Counted from the first letter of the stretch, positions 1 to 8,948 are shown. The stretch is 64,000 nucleotides of DNA from an uncultured beta proteobacterium (GCA_963778935.1 CAVZWA010000017.1:261808-325807); one strand, 5' to 3'. Numbers and translations are program-made. Notes: a model not told the origin generated them from the sequence alone.

Positions 1-263
1 GCGACGAGCGCGATCGCGGCATCCGGCGCCGCGGTGAGCAAGACAGTGCCGGATGCGCCCATGGAAGCTGCGCCGATCACTCCCGTCGCATCGCTTACCG
101 TGGCGAGATAGCAGCCGACGTCGTCATCGTTGGGCGCAGACACCATGCGCGCTGCGCCAGCGGCGATGGCATTGTTCTCCGCTTCGGCAAGGCGCAGGAA
201 CGCATCCGCAGCCGCGACGAATCCGGGCGCATCGTCGTGCACCGCCAGTCGCAGTGCACTCAT
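1..263 (-). CDS. hypothetical protein, N-terminal fragment running off the window edge (MSALRLAVHDDAPGFVAAADAFLRLAEAENN...)
   Basis: My own translation of the minus strand: ATG at 263-261, open to position 1 with no stop. ATGA overlap with the stop of the upstream hydrolase gene. Absent from the ORF track because it is truncated. No nameable motif. Confidence 0.4.
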   Translation of the reverse strand, partial: MSALRLAVHDDAPGFVAAADAFLRLAEAENNAIAAGAARMVSAPNDDDVGCYLATVSDATGVIGAASMGASGTVLLTAAPDAAIALV

Positions 264-1087
264 CGTTTCGCGACGGCCGCGCCTGTCGCTTTTTTCTGCG
301 CAAGGAATACGCGCAGCGCGTCGAGTACCGCATCTGGCGCTTCGGTCATCAGGCTGTGTCCGCAACCTGGAACCGTGACCACATGCTTGTCGCCGAGCGC
401 CGCGATCAGGCCCTGGGTGTTCCTGGCCGGCGCCATCTGGTCGCGCTGGCCCACGATCAGCAACACGGGACACTGCACATCGGCGGCAACCGTGAGGCCC
501 GCGGCATACTCGTGGCACGCGCGAAGATCGATGTACAGCACGCCCGGTCGCGTGCGTTCCATCAGGCGCAGCCCACTGCCGGTCATCCACATGCCCGGTT
601 GAGCATTCCCGCCCAACTGGTGCGCTTCCGAAAAACTCCAACCGGTGATGAGTTCATACGCGACATGATCATCGGCTTCGGCAGCGGTCAGCAGGACGTC
701 CGAGACGGGCATCGGTACCGCCGGGGCGAGCAGCGCGAGATTCGACACCCGCTGCGGATAGCGTCCCGCCACATCGAGCACCGCGAGCGATCCCATGCTG
801 TGTCCAACCAGCGCGGTGCGGGTGACACCGATGACATCGAGCAATGCGACGATCCATTCAGCGATGGCGTGCACTGACGGCAGCGCTCCACCCTCGCTGC
901 GGCCGTGGCCCGGAAGATCGACCGCAAGCACGTTCGCTCCATGATGCGCGAAATAGCGCGACTGTAACGCCCAGACGCTGTGGTCGTTCGCCGCACCGTG
1001 GACGAACACGATCGTCGGCAACGCGGCGTTGAACGCGCGCGCGCCGGTATAGGCGTAGACATTGCGTCCGGCAACCTCGAGCTGCAT
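260..1087 (-). CDS. alpha/beta-fold hydrolase
   Basis: Internal ATG (MQLEVAGRNVYAY...) of the 260..1702 ORF; the upstream part overlaps metY in another frame. GHSMGS nucleophile elbow and HGAANDH oxyanion region. Sits 8 nt after the metY stop. Confidence 0.85.
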   Translation of the reverse strand: MQLEVAGRNVYAYTGARAFNAALPTIVFVHGAANDHSVWALQSRYFAHHGANVLAVDLPGHGRSEGGALPSVHAIAEWIVALLDVIGVTRTALVGHSMGSLAVLDVAGRYPQRVSNLALLAPAVPMPVSDVLLTAAEADDHVAYELITGWSFSEAHQLGGNAQPGMWMTGSGLRLMERTRPGVLYIDLRACHEYAAGLTVAADVQCPVLLIVGQRDQMAPARNTQGLIAALGDKHVVTVPGCGHSLMTEAPDAVLDALRVFLAQKKATGAAVAKR

Positions 1088-1095
1088 CGTTCGAT

Positions 1096-2391
1096 TCAGA
1101 CCTTCCCGGCCGCATGCAGCGCGCGTCCGAGATCCTCGATCAGGTCGTCGACATTTTCGAGGCCGACCGACAGGCGAATCGTGCCCTCGGTGATCCCCGC
1201 CGCCTTCAGGTCTTCTGCCGCAACGCGGAAATGCGTGGTACTCGCGGGATGAATCACCAACGACTTGGCGTCGCCGACGTTGGCCAGGTGCGAAAAAATC
1301 CGCAGCGATTCGATAAACCGGCGACCCTGCTCGCGCGTGCCGCGGATGGCGAAGCTGAAGACCGCACCGCAGCCATTCGGCAATAACTTCCGCGCCAGCG
1401 CGTGATCGCGATGTGTCGGCAATTCCGGATACGCAACCGAGTCGACCATGCCATGCGCGGTGAGGTACGCGACGATTTTGCGTGTGTTGTCCACGTGCCG
1501 CTGCATGCGTAGCGGCAGGGTCTCGATGCCCTGCAGAATCTGGAAAGCGGTCATCGGCGCCATGCACGCGCCGAAATCGCGGATGCCTTCGCGCCGCGCG
1601 CGCAACAGAAACGCTGCCGTGGTCGACTCCTCGGCGAACACCATGTTGTGGAAGCCGGCGTAAGGTTGTGTGAGCGTTGGAAACTTGCCTGAGCCTGGCC
1701 AATCGAAGGTTCCCCCATCGACCAGCAGCCCCCCGATGACCACGCCGTGACCGGACAGGAACTTGGTCGCGGAGTGGTAGACCAGGTCCGCACCATGCTC
1801 GAACGGCTTGATGAGATACGGCGTGGTGAACGTGGAGTCGACGAGCAACGGCAGTCCGTGTTCATGCGCCAGCGCCGCGATTCGCGGCACGTCGAGTACA
1901 TCGAGCCCCGGATTGCCGAGCGTTTCGCCGAAGAACAGGCAGGTGTTCGGGCGGACCGCCGCGCGCCAAGCGTCGATATCGTGCGGAGCCACGAACGTTG
2001 TGTTGATGCCGAAGCGCGGCAACGTGAAGTCAAGCAGGTTGTGCGAACCGCCGTAGAGCGCGCGTGACGCGACGATGTGCGCTCCGGCGCCCATCAGCGT
2101 GGCGATCGCGAGGTGCAGCGCGGCTTGCCCACTGGCGACTGCAATGGCGCCAACACCACCTTCCAGGGCGCTGATCCGCTCTTCCAGCACCGCGCACGTC
2201 GGATTGGAAATGCGCGAATAGACGTGCCCCGCGCGCTCCATGTTGAATAGCGCGGCCGCGTGGTCGCTGTCGGGGAATACAAAAGAAGCCGACTGGTAGA
2301 TCGGCGTCGCGCGCGCGCCGGTTGCCGGATCGGGACGTGCCCCCGCGTGCAGCGACAGGGTATCGAAGTGTGGTGCTTTCGGCTTGGTCAT
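1096..2391 (-). CDS. metY: O-acetylhomoserine sulfhydrylase / aminocarboxypropyltransferase (PLP-dependent)
   Basis: 431 aa, Cys/Met-metabolism PLP family throughout. Contains SATKFLSGHG (PLP lysine) and the N-terminal FDTLSLHAG motif. Confidence 0.92.
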   Translation of the reverse strand: MTKPKAPHFDTLSLHAGARPDPATGARATPIYQSASFVFPDSDHAAALFNMERAGHVYSRISNPTCAVLEERISALEGGVGAIAVASGQAALHLAIATLMGAGAHIVASRALYGGSHNLLDFTLPRFGINTTFVAPHDIDAWRAAVRPNTCLFFGETLGNPGLDVLDVPRIAALAHEHGLPLLVDSTFTTPYLIKPFEHGADLVYHSATKFLSGHGVVIGGLLVDGGTFDWPGSGKFPTLTQPYAGFHNMVFAEESTTAAFLLRARREGIRDFGACMAPMTAFQILQGIETLPLRMQRHVDNTRKIVAYLTAHGMVDSVAYPELPTHRDHALARKLLPNGCGAVFSFAIRGTREQGRRFIESLRIFSHLANVGDAKSLVIHPASTTHFRVAAEDLKAAGITEGTIRLSVGLENVDDLIEDLGRALHAAGKV

Positions 2392-2400
2392 CGCGCAGGG

Positions 2401-2434
2401 GAAAAAGACAAGACGACTCGTCGGGAGCGACGAG
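2401..2434 (-). terminator. hairpin plus U-tract in the metY leader (possible attenuator)
   Basis: On the minus strand: CTCGTCG-CTCC-CGACGAG (2434-2417) followed by TCGTCTTGTCTTTTTCC (2416-2400), ending about 10 nt before the metY ATG. There is no T-run on the plus strand, so the signal is strand-specific. Confidence 0.35.
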
Positions 2435-2554
2435 CGTATGGTAGCGCATCACGCGAAGCCCGGCGCACATGCGGAGCATCGCGGCACTTGGCCGCGGCAC
2501 GCGACCGGCTTACACTGTACAGGTCGCAGGCAAGCAACTTCATCGGAGATCACC

Positions 2555-2980
2555 ATGCAACGCAAGGCTTCCGCCCGCTGGCAGGGCACCGGAAAGGAAG
2601 GCAGCGGCTCGATCACCACCCAGAGCGCCACGCTGAAGGACACGCCCTACTCGTTTGTCGCTCGATTCGGCGACGGCAAAGGGACCAATCCCGAGGAACT
2701 CATCGCCGCGGCGCACGCCGGATGCTTCACGATGGCGCTGTCGTTCATGTTGAACGGAGCCGGCTTCACCGCCGAAGCCATCGACACCGAGGCGGCGCTC
2801 ACGATGGACCAGGTCAGTGGCAACTGGACCGTGACTGCCATTCACCTCACCACGCGCGCGAGCGTACCGGGCATCGACGCCGCAAAATTCGCCGAAGCGG
2901 CGGGCAACGCGAAAGCAAACTGTCCGATTTCGCGTCTGCTGAATGCGACCATCACCATGGACGCGAAACTGATCAACTGA
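2555..2980 (+). CDS. osmC: OsmC family peroxiredoxin
   Basis: 141 aa from the internal ATG (MQRKASARWQGTGKEG...). OsmC signature NPEELIAAAHAGCF and the C-terminal CPIS cysteine. Confidence 0.9.
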   Translation: MQRKASARWQGTGKEGSGSITTQSATLKDTPYSFVARFGDGKGTNPEELIAAAHAGCFTMALSFMLNGAGFTAEAIDTEAALTMDQVSGNWTVTAIHLTTRASVPGIDAAKFAEAAGNAKANCPISRLLNATITMDAKLIN

Positions 2981-3000
2981 CGATCGGCAGTGTTGGCATC

Positions 3001-4146
3001 ATGAAACCGCGTGTTCCGCCGCCCGAAGAAATCGTGGCGCCGCCCGACCCATTCCGGCGCGCGCCGACTGGAACTGCGCTGCATGGCCGCGGCGCAACCT
3101 TCAATCCGGGCAATCGCTTCCGCCGCGACGTGCGCGAGAGCGTCGACGACGGCTGGTCGCCACCGCCCGCGGAGGACGCGAGCGACGACCTGCCGCCGCT
3201 CAAGACGTCGGTCATGATTCAGCACGCGCGCACCATCATCGCCCGCAACGAATCTCCCGATATTCCGTTCACGCAGTCGATCAATCCTTATCAGGGATGC
3301 GAGCACGGTTGCGTGTATTGCTACGCACGGCCGACGCACGCGTATCTCGATCTGTCTCCGGGTCTCGATTTTGAAACGAAGCTGTTCGTCAAGCCGAACG
3401 CGGTCGAAATGCTGACTGCGGAGCTTTCGAAACCAGGTTACGTGTGCGACGCCATCGCCCTGGGCACCAACACCGATCCCTACCAGCCGATCGAGCGGGA
3501 ATGGAAGATCACGCGGCAGATCATCGAACTGCTCGCCGCGTGCAATCATCCGCTCACCATCGTCACCAAGTCGGCGCTGGTCGAGCGCGACATCGATCTG
3601 CTCGCGCCCATGGCCGCGAAGAACCAGACCCGCGTCTACTTTTCGGTCACCACACTCGACAAGGAGCTTGCGCGCAAGCTCGAGCCTCGCGCCGCGACCC
3701 CGCAACGGCGGCTCGCCGCGGTCAAGGCGCTGTCCGACGCGGGAATACCCGTCGGCGTGATGGCAGCGCCGATGATCCCGCAACTCAACGACAAGGATCT
3801 CGAGGCGATCCTCGAGGCCGGCGCCGCCAACGGTGCACGCTGGGCGGGCTGGACGATGCTGCGGTTGCCGCACGAGGTGAAGGATCTGTTTCGCGACTGG
3901 CTCGCGCAGCACTATCCGCTGCGCGCCGCGCATGTGATGAGCCTGATACAGCAAGTGCGCGGTGGCCGCGACAACGATCCCAACTTCGGTTCGCGCATGC
4001 GCGGCACCGGACAGATTGCGACGCTGCTGGCGCGCCGCTTCGATCTCGCGTGCAAGAGACTCGGCCTCAACGCCGAACGCGCGACGACACTGGATACATC
4101 GCAATTCCGTCCTCCGCGCAATGCCAACCAGCTGACACTATTCTGA
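3001..4146 (+). CDS. radical SAM protein, PA0069 / SplB-like family (function unknown)
   Basis: 381 aa from ATG 3001 (MKPRVPPPEE...). CEHGCVYC is the CxxxCxxC cluster. The long 2260..4146 ORF is a 5-prime extension artefact that overlaps osmC. Confidence 0.85.
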   Translation: MKPRVPPPEEIVAPPDPFRRAPTGTALHGRGATFNPGNRFRRDVRESVDDGWSPPPAEDASDDLPPLKTSVMIQHARTIIARNESPDIPFTQSINPYQGCEHGCVYCYARPTHAYLDLSPGLDFETKLFVKPNAVEMLTAELSKPGYVCDAIALGTNTDPYQPIEREWKITRQIIELLAACNHPLTIVTKSALVERDIDLLAPMAAKNQTRVYFSVTTLDKELARKLEPRAATPQRRLAAVKALSDAGIPVGVMAAPMIPQLNDKDLEAILEAGAANGARWAGWTMLRLPHEVKDLFRDWLAQHYPLRAAHVMSLIQQVRGGRDNDPNFGSRMRGTGQIATLLARRFDLACKRLGLNAERATTLDTSQFRPPRNANQLTLF

Positions 4147-4151
4147 GCAAT

Positions 4152-4814
4152 ATGGACTCGACAGCGACATCGGCACTCACTGCGCGACTGGCACGCTGCT
4201 ATACCGGCGCGGTACACGACGTGCTGCGCATGATGGGGCACGAGCACGTCGTGCTGCCGCCGGAGATCAAGGCCATTGCGCCCGGGACGCGCCTCGCGGG
4301 GCCGGTGTGGACCGTATCCGGCCATATCGACCGGACAAAGAGTCGCGATGAAACGCTGCTCGGATGGTGCACGTTGCTCGCTCGCGCGCCCACCGGTCAC
4401 GTCATCGTGTGCCAGCCCAACAATCACGAAGTCGCGCTGATGGGCGAACTTTCGGCGCAAACGCTTGCGGCGCGGGGCGTGCTCGGCTACGTCGTCGACG
4501 GCGGTTCACGCGACACCGATCTCGTGCTCGAGCAGGGCTTTCCCGTGTTCTGCTCGTTTCTGACGCCGGCGGACATTGTCGCGCGCTGGATCCCGGATCG
4601 TTACGCCGAGCCCGTCAACATCGGCGCCGTCACCATCAGCACGGGCGACTACCTGCTTGGCGACCGCGACGGCGTGGTCATCATCCCGCAGGCATGCGCC
4701 GAGGAAGCCGTCCGCAAAACCGAGGAAGTTGTCGCCACGGAGAGCGACATGCGTCGTGCCCTCATCGGCGGCATGGATCCCGTAGCTGCCTATAACAAGT
4801 ATGGCAAGTTCTGA
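4152..4814 (+). CDS. RraA-family protein (RraA-like / 4-hydroxy-4-methyl-2-oxoglutarate aldolase family)
   Basis: 220 aa from ATG 4152. RraA-type core GELSAQTLAARGVLGYVVDGGSRD and GDRDGVVIIP. Starts 5 nt after the radical-SAM stop. Confidence 0.85.
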   Translation: MDSTATSALTARLARCYTGAVHDVLRMMGHEHVVLPPEIKAIAPGTRLAGPVWTVSGHIDRTKSRDETLLGWCTLLARAPTGHVIVCQPNNHEVALMGELSAQTLAARGVLGYVVDGGSRDTDLVLEQGFPVFCSFLTPADIVARWIPDRYAEPVNIGAVTISTGDYLLGDRDGVVIIPQACAEEAVRKTEEVVATESDMRRALIGGMDPVAAYNKYGKF

Positions 4815-5109
4815 CCGCCCCAGTGCCGCTCACGCCGCGATGAAACTCGCGCCGCAGGACAACATCGCGGTCGCGCTGCGGGCGCTGAAGACGGGAGAGA
4901 CCATCGCCGTCGATGGCACGAGCTTGCGCGTCGAACGCGACATCGCGCTGGGACACAAGCTTGCTGCGCGCGCGATCGCCCGTGGCGAGGTGATCCTCAA
5001 GTACAACTGCCCGATCGGCTCAGCAACCCGCGATATCGCTGCAGGCGATTACGTGCACACGCACAACGTTGCCAGCGACTATCTCCCGACGTACACGCTG
5101 CCCGCATGA
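4801..5109 (+). CDS. UxaA-family dehydratase small subunit (SAF domain)
   Basis: DNIAVALRALKTGE...GHKLA...GEVILKYNCPIG...GDYVHTHN is the N-terminal SAF domain of altronate/galactarate dehydratases. The start is ambiguous: ATG 4801 overlaps the RraA-like gene by 14 nt, and ATG 4840 is the alternative. Confidence 0.8.
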   Translation: MASSDRPSAAHAAMKLAPQDNIAVALRALKTGETIAVDGTSLRVERDIALGHKLAARAIARGEVILKYNCPIGSATRDIAAGDYVHTHNVASDYLPTYTLPA

Positions 5110-6317
5110 ATGACAACCACGCCACCGCACTGCGCGGCTTTGCGCGCAAAGACGGCCGCAAGGGGATTCGCAACGTCCTGGTCGTCGCGTACCTGGTCGA
5201 ATGCGCGCACCACGTCGCACGCGAAATCGCCTACGCGTACCGCGACCGCGACGTGCATCTGATCGGTTTTCCCGGCTGCTATCCGAACGACTACTCGCTG
5301 ACGATGATGGAGAAACTCTGCACGCACCCGAACGTCGGCGCGGCGCTCCTGGTGTCGCTCGGCTGCGAAGGATTCAACAAGCGCGAGTTGGCGCGAACGA
5401 TCGAAGCCAGTGGACGACCGGTCGCGACCATCGGCATCCAGGATACCGGGGGTACACGCAGCACCATAGCGGCGGGCAAGGCCTGGATCGACGCGACGCT
5501 ACCGGCGCTCGATGCGCAGGCGAGCGTGCCGATGCGTTTATCCGAGCTCGTCGTCGGCACGATCTGCGGCGGCTCCGATGCTACGTCCGGGCTGACGGCG
5601 AATCCGGCGATGGGTGTCGCCTTCGACCTGCTGGTCGAGTGCGGAGCAGCGACGATCTTCGAGGAGACCGGCGAATTGATCGGCATGGAGCACCAGATGG
5701 CGGCGCGTGCTGCGCGCCCGGAGCTGGCGACCGCGCTCAAGGAAAGCGTGGGCAAGGCGGCACGCTACTACGCAACGCTTGGCTATGCCAGCTTCGCACC
5801 GGGCAATGCCGATGGCGGCCTGACGACGATCGAGGAAAAGTCACTCGGCGCGTATGCGAAGTCGGGGCAATCGCGGATCGACGGCATTATCAAGCCGGGG
5901 ATCGCGCCGCCGACCAAGGGACTGTATCTGCTCGACGTGGTTCCCGATGGCGAAGTGCGCTTCGGCTTCCCGAACATCAACGACAACGCCGAAATCGCCG
6001 AATTGATCGCCTGCGGATCGCACCTGATCCTGTTTTCAACCGGGCGCGGCTCGGTCGTCGGCTCGGCGATCTCGCCGGTGATCAAGGTCTGCGCCAATCC
6101 CGATACGTATCTCCGCATGAGCGAGGACATGGACGTCGATGCCGGACGCATTCTCGAGGGCCACGCGACGCTGCCCGAGGTCGGGCGCGAGATCTTCGAC
6201 CTGATCGGCCGGGTTGGCAGTGGTGAACGTACGTGCTCGGAAACACTTGGACACCAGGAGTTCATCCTGACCTACAAGAGTTTCGCACCGCTGGGACCGG
6301 CCTGCCTGCCTGTGTGA
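5106..6317 (+). CDS. UxaA-family dehydratase large subunit (C-terminal catalytic domain)
   Basis: 403 aa. The GFARKDGRKGIRN start and the GCEGF, GGSD and FSTGRGS motifs match the UxaA/GarD C-terminal part. 4-nt overlap with the small subunit. Confidence 0.88.
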   Translation: MNDNHATALRGFARKDGRKGIRNVLVVAYLVECAHHVAREIAYAYRDRDVHLIGFPGCYPNDYSLTMMEKLCTHPNVGAALLVSLGCEGFNKRELARTIEASGRPVATIGIQDTGGTRSTIAAGKAWIDATLPALDAQASVPMRLSELVVGTICGGSDATSGLTANPAMGVAFDLLVECGAATIFEETGELIGMEHQMAARAARPELATALKESVGKAARYYATLGYASFAPGNADGGLTTIEEKSLGAYAKSGQSRIDGIIKPGIAPPTKGLYLLDVVPDGEVRFGFPNINDNAEIAELIACGSHLILFSTGRGSVVGSAISPVIKVCANPDTYLRMSEDMDVDAGRILEGHATLPEVGREIFDLIGRVGSGERTCSETLGHQEFILTYKSFAPLGPACLPV

Positions 6318-6345
6318 ACGCACTCGCGTCGGCTGTGACGGGCGA

Positions 6346-7242
6346 TCAACGTTGCGAATAGTGCCGCGCGATCGCGCCCGCCGTCGTCAGCCAGACGACA
6401 TCTCGATGGTTGGCGACATGCGCGAGCGCGCGGCGCAGCTGCCGCAACCGAAACGGCTGCCCGACGATATAGGCGTGCAGCGCCAGACCGAACACGAGAG
6501 GTTGCGCCTCCGATTGCTCGAGCATTTCGTCGAACTGGTCGATGATCATGTCGGCAAATTCGCCGACGCCGACCCGGCGCCCGATGATCGCGCAGGAGTC
6601 GTTCAATTCTTGCGGGTAGGGCACCGAGAGAATTCGTCCGCCGCGGGTCGATAGCCACATCGGCTGATCATCGGCGCACCAATCGAGCACATAGGAATAT
6701 CCGGCTTCGTGCAGCAGATCTGGCGTGACCGGCGTTTCGGCAATCCAGGGACCGAGCCAGCCTTCGGGACGCTTGCCCTCGCGCCGTTCGATGCTTGCGG
6801 TAACGCCGTCGATAAGCTGCCGCTCGGCGGCCTCGTCGAGCCCGGATTGCGCTTCGGAATTGGTGCGTCCATGCGCTGCGATTTCGTCGCCGCGCGCGCG
6901 AAAGGCGTCGACCAGCGCCGGACAATGTTCGTAGATCTCGCTGTTGACGAGCGCTGAAACGGGCAGCCGCAACTCGTCGAACAAGGCCAGCAGACGCCAT
7001 GCGCCGACGCGATTGCCGTAATCGCGCCACGAGTAGTTCAAAACATCCGGCTGCTTCATGCCGGGCACGAGCTCCTCGGTGAGTCCCTCCCCAAAGGCAT
7101 AGTGCTCGAGATTCAGCGCGACATAGCAGGCGAGCCGTTTTCCTCCCGGCCAGACAAACACAGGTCGGTGGACGATCGGAGAGTAGTCGTAGCGGTGGTG
7201 CGTGCGCAGCATCGAACGATTCTCCGTAGTGAACGCTGTCAA
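6346..7242 (-). CDS. polysaccharide-deacetylase-fold hydrolase, PuuE (allantoinase)-like
   Basis: 298 aa. YGNRVGAWRLLALF, EIAAHG, PEGWLGPW, YVLDW.ADDQP and LHAYIVGQPFR follow the PuuE-type pattern as I recall it, but the sequence is divergent. Confidence 0.75.
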   Translation of the reverse strand: MTAFTTENRSMLRTHHRYDYSPIVHRPVFVWPGGKRLACYVALNLEHYAFGEGLTEELVPGMKQPDVLNYSWRDYGNRVGAWRLLALFDELRLPVSALVNSEIYEHCPALVDAFRARGDEIAAHGRTNSEAQSGLDEAAERQLIDGVTASIERREGKRPEGWLGPWIAETPVTPDLLHEAGYSYVLDWCADDQPMWLSTRGGRILSVPYPQELNDSCAIIGRRVGVGEFADMIIDQFDEMLEQSEAQPLVFGLALHAYIVGQPFRLRQLRRALAHVANHRDVVWLTTAGAIARHYSQR

Positions 7243-7994
7243 CTCGGGCGTTTCGCGGCCGCGAAACGCTGCGCAATGGCGGGATCGACGTCGACTAATT
7301 CACGGTCGGTTGGCGGCGCGTAGCTGCCGGCACGCGGTTTGGGAAGTGCGAGGCGGACGAGCAGCTCTGCCTGCCGAACACCGCACGCAATGCAGTCGAT
7401 CATCGGTACGGAAACGTCAGGCTGGAGGCGCCGCGGCACGCCCGCCATGACGGCGCCGGTGAGCACGATCGTCTCCGCGAAATCGCGCAGGACGAGGTCC
7501 TGGGCTGCGGCGACAATTTCCCGATCGAGCTCGGGATGATCGCCGCGCCCATAGGCGGCAGTACTCTCGAGCACCCGCCAGCCGGCGATACGCGTGGCGA
7601 GCCCGTAGCTGGCAACCAGCTCGTGATACATCGGCAGCACCCGCCGCCCGAAAGTGATGACACCGACGCGGCCGCCGAGCATGCATGCCGTCAGCAGACC
7701 CGCTTCGGTCATTCCCACGACCGGAATCGGCAACAGCTCCCGCGCCCCGCGCAGACCGGTGTCGTACGAGACCGCGATCAGTACGGCATCGCAGGTCGGT
7801 GCGTGCTTTGACACCAATGCAATCGTCGAGTGCTCGCCGATCGCATGCTCCGCCCGTGATCCGATGACCCGTCCGCCGAAGGTGCCGGTCACGGCGACGA
7901 TTTCAGTGTCCGGCCCGGCGGCAGCGCGTGCCTCGCTCGTGACTTTCTCGGTGACGATTTCGGACGTATTGGCGTTGACGACAAGAATGCGCAT
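7239..7994 (-). CDS. Asp/Glu/hydantoin racemase family protein (hydantoin/allantoin racemase-like)
   Basis: 251 aa. MRILVVNANTS start and two Cys regions (LIAVSYDTG... / MIDCIACG). 4-nt overlap with the downstream PuuE-like gene. Confidence 0.82.
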   Translation of the reverse strand: MRILVVNANTSEIVTEKVTSEARAAAGPDTEIVAVTGTFGGRVIGSRAEHAIGEHSTIALVSKHAPTCDAVLIAVSYDTGLRGARELLPIPVVGMTEAGLLTACMLGGRVGVITFGRRVLPMYHELVASYGLATRIAGWRVLESTAAYGRGDHPELDREIVAAAQDLVLRDFAETIVLTGAVMAGVPRRLQPDVSVPMIDCIACGVRQAELLVRLALPKPRAGSYAPPTDRELVDVDPAIAQRFAAAKRPS

Positions 7995-8030
7995 GACGGT
8001 CCCGATGCGTGCGTTGCGGGCGCTGCCGCC

Positions 8031-8783
8031 CTAGGAGAACACGGCCTCGAGGTCGATGTCGCCCTTGGCCGCCAGATTCAGGTCCAGCGAGCCTTCGACA
8101 TGATTGAGGTGCTCGACCATGAGCGCGGCCGCGCGATCGGGATCGTGCGCCTCGACCGCATCGATGATGCCGCTGTGCTCGTGGTAGGGGCACGACGGGA
8201 TGTTCGGCGCGTCATACAGGATGATCACGAGGCAAGTCAGCGTCTCCAGTTCGCGCATCGTGCGGACGAGGAAGGTGTTGCCCGCCATCTCCGCGATGAT
8301 CTGGTGGAAATCGCCGGACAGCCGGATGATCGCCCGTTGGTCATTGGCCGCTCGCGCGGCCGATTCGAGCGCGACGTGTGCGCGCAATCGCGCGACCTGG
8401 CCTGCTGTCGCCGCGTCGGCAAGCCGTCGCACGAGATCCGGCTCGATCAGGCGCCGCGCTGCAAAGACGTCGCGCGCCTCCTCGACGGTCGGGCTGCTGA
8501 CGAACGCCCCCCGATTGGGAATGACGTTGACGATGGCGTCATGGGCGAGCCGCGCCAGGGCCTGGCGGATCTTGGTCCTGCTGACGCCGAACACTCCCGC
8601 AAGCCGCTCCTCCACCAATTGGGTGCCGGGCGGCAGCTGATGCGCAAGGATCGCGCCCAGCACCCGCTGATAGATCCCGTCGATGCTGAGTGGTGCTGCC
8701 TTGCGCCGGGGCTTTGCTTCGACCGTGTCGCGGTTGGCCCCCGGATCCAGCCAAGGCTTGGGTGTCAGCTCGATCTGCACCAT
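8031..8783 (-). CDS. GntR/FadR-family transcriptional regulator
   Basis: wHTH GVSRTKIRQALARLAHDAIV plus an FCD-type C-terminal domain. I prefer ATG 8783 (MVQIELTP...) over the TTG at 8807 used by the ORF track. Confidence 0.88.
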   Translation of the reverse strand: MVQIELTPKPWLDPGANRDTVEAKPRRKAAPLSIDGIYQRVLGAILAHQLPPGTQLVEERLAGVFGVSRTKIRQALARLAHDAIVNVIPNRGAFVSSPTVEEARDVFAARRLIEPDLVRRLADAATAGQVARLRAHVALESAARAANDQRAIIRLSGDFHQIIAEMAGNTFLVRTMRELETLTCLVIILYDAPNIPSCPYHEHSGIIDAVEAHDPDRAAALMVEHLNHVEGSLDLNLAAKGDIDLEAVFS

Positions 8784-8796
8784 TTTGTCCAGATGA

Positions 8797-8808
8797 ATTG
8801 TATACAAT
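8797..8808. promoter_or_regulatory. perfect palindrome ATTGTATACAAT, candidate GntR-family operator
   Basis: 12-nt perfect dyad, 14 nt upstream of the regulator ATG. It fits the generic GntR/FadR operator form T.GT-N-AC.A. Confidence 0.55.
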
Positions 8809-8849
8809 CGCAGATGTTATCAATCCGGAGGCTGGGTGTCTAGTACCTT

Positions 8850-8863
8850 AATTGTACACAATT
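8850..8863. promoter_or_regulatory. second near-palindromic box AATTGTACACAATT
   Basis: Same ATTGTA half-site as 8797-8808 with one mismatch in the dyad. A third half-site, GGATACAATT, lies at 8930-8939. Confidence 0.45.
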
Positions 8864-8919
8864 TATTTTGAGCCCCCTGGCAACCACATTCAATTGCCCA
8901 CGAAAAATGGGCAAGTTTG

Positions 8920-8948
8920 TTGACACGTTGGATACAATTTGCTTAAAT
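8920..8948 (+). promoter_or_regulatory. sigma-70-type promoter candidate for the first TRAP operon
   Basis: TTGACA (8920-8925), a 17-nt spacer, then TTAAAT (8943-8948). The spacer contains the GATACAAT half-site, so repressor binding would occlude the promoter. It leaves a leader of about 110 nt containing hairpins (AGTCGCC/GGCGACT, within 8966-8996). Confidence 0.5.

Noticed and set aside
2392-2554. Known SAM riboswitch upstream of metY
   Set aside because: I could not match the leader to the SAM-I, SAM-II or SAM-SAH consensus by eye. Only the generic hairpin plus U-tract is reported, at low confidence.
2260-4146. 628-aa version of the radical SAM ORF
   Set aside because: The first roughly 247 codons overlap osmC in another frame and translate to Arg-rich junk. 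The conserved protein begins at ATG 3001. The same reasoning applies to 3444..4814 (true start 4152), 260..1702 (true start 1087), 42716..43930 (true start 43279), 22553..23794 (true start 23608), 10272..11918, 12603..14192, 17712..18536, 43794..45422 and 62195..63538.
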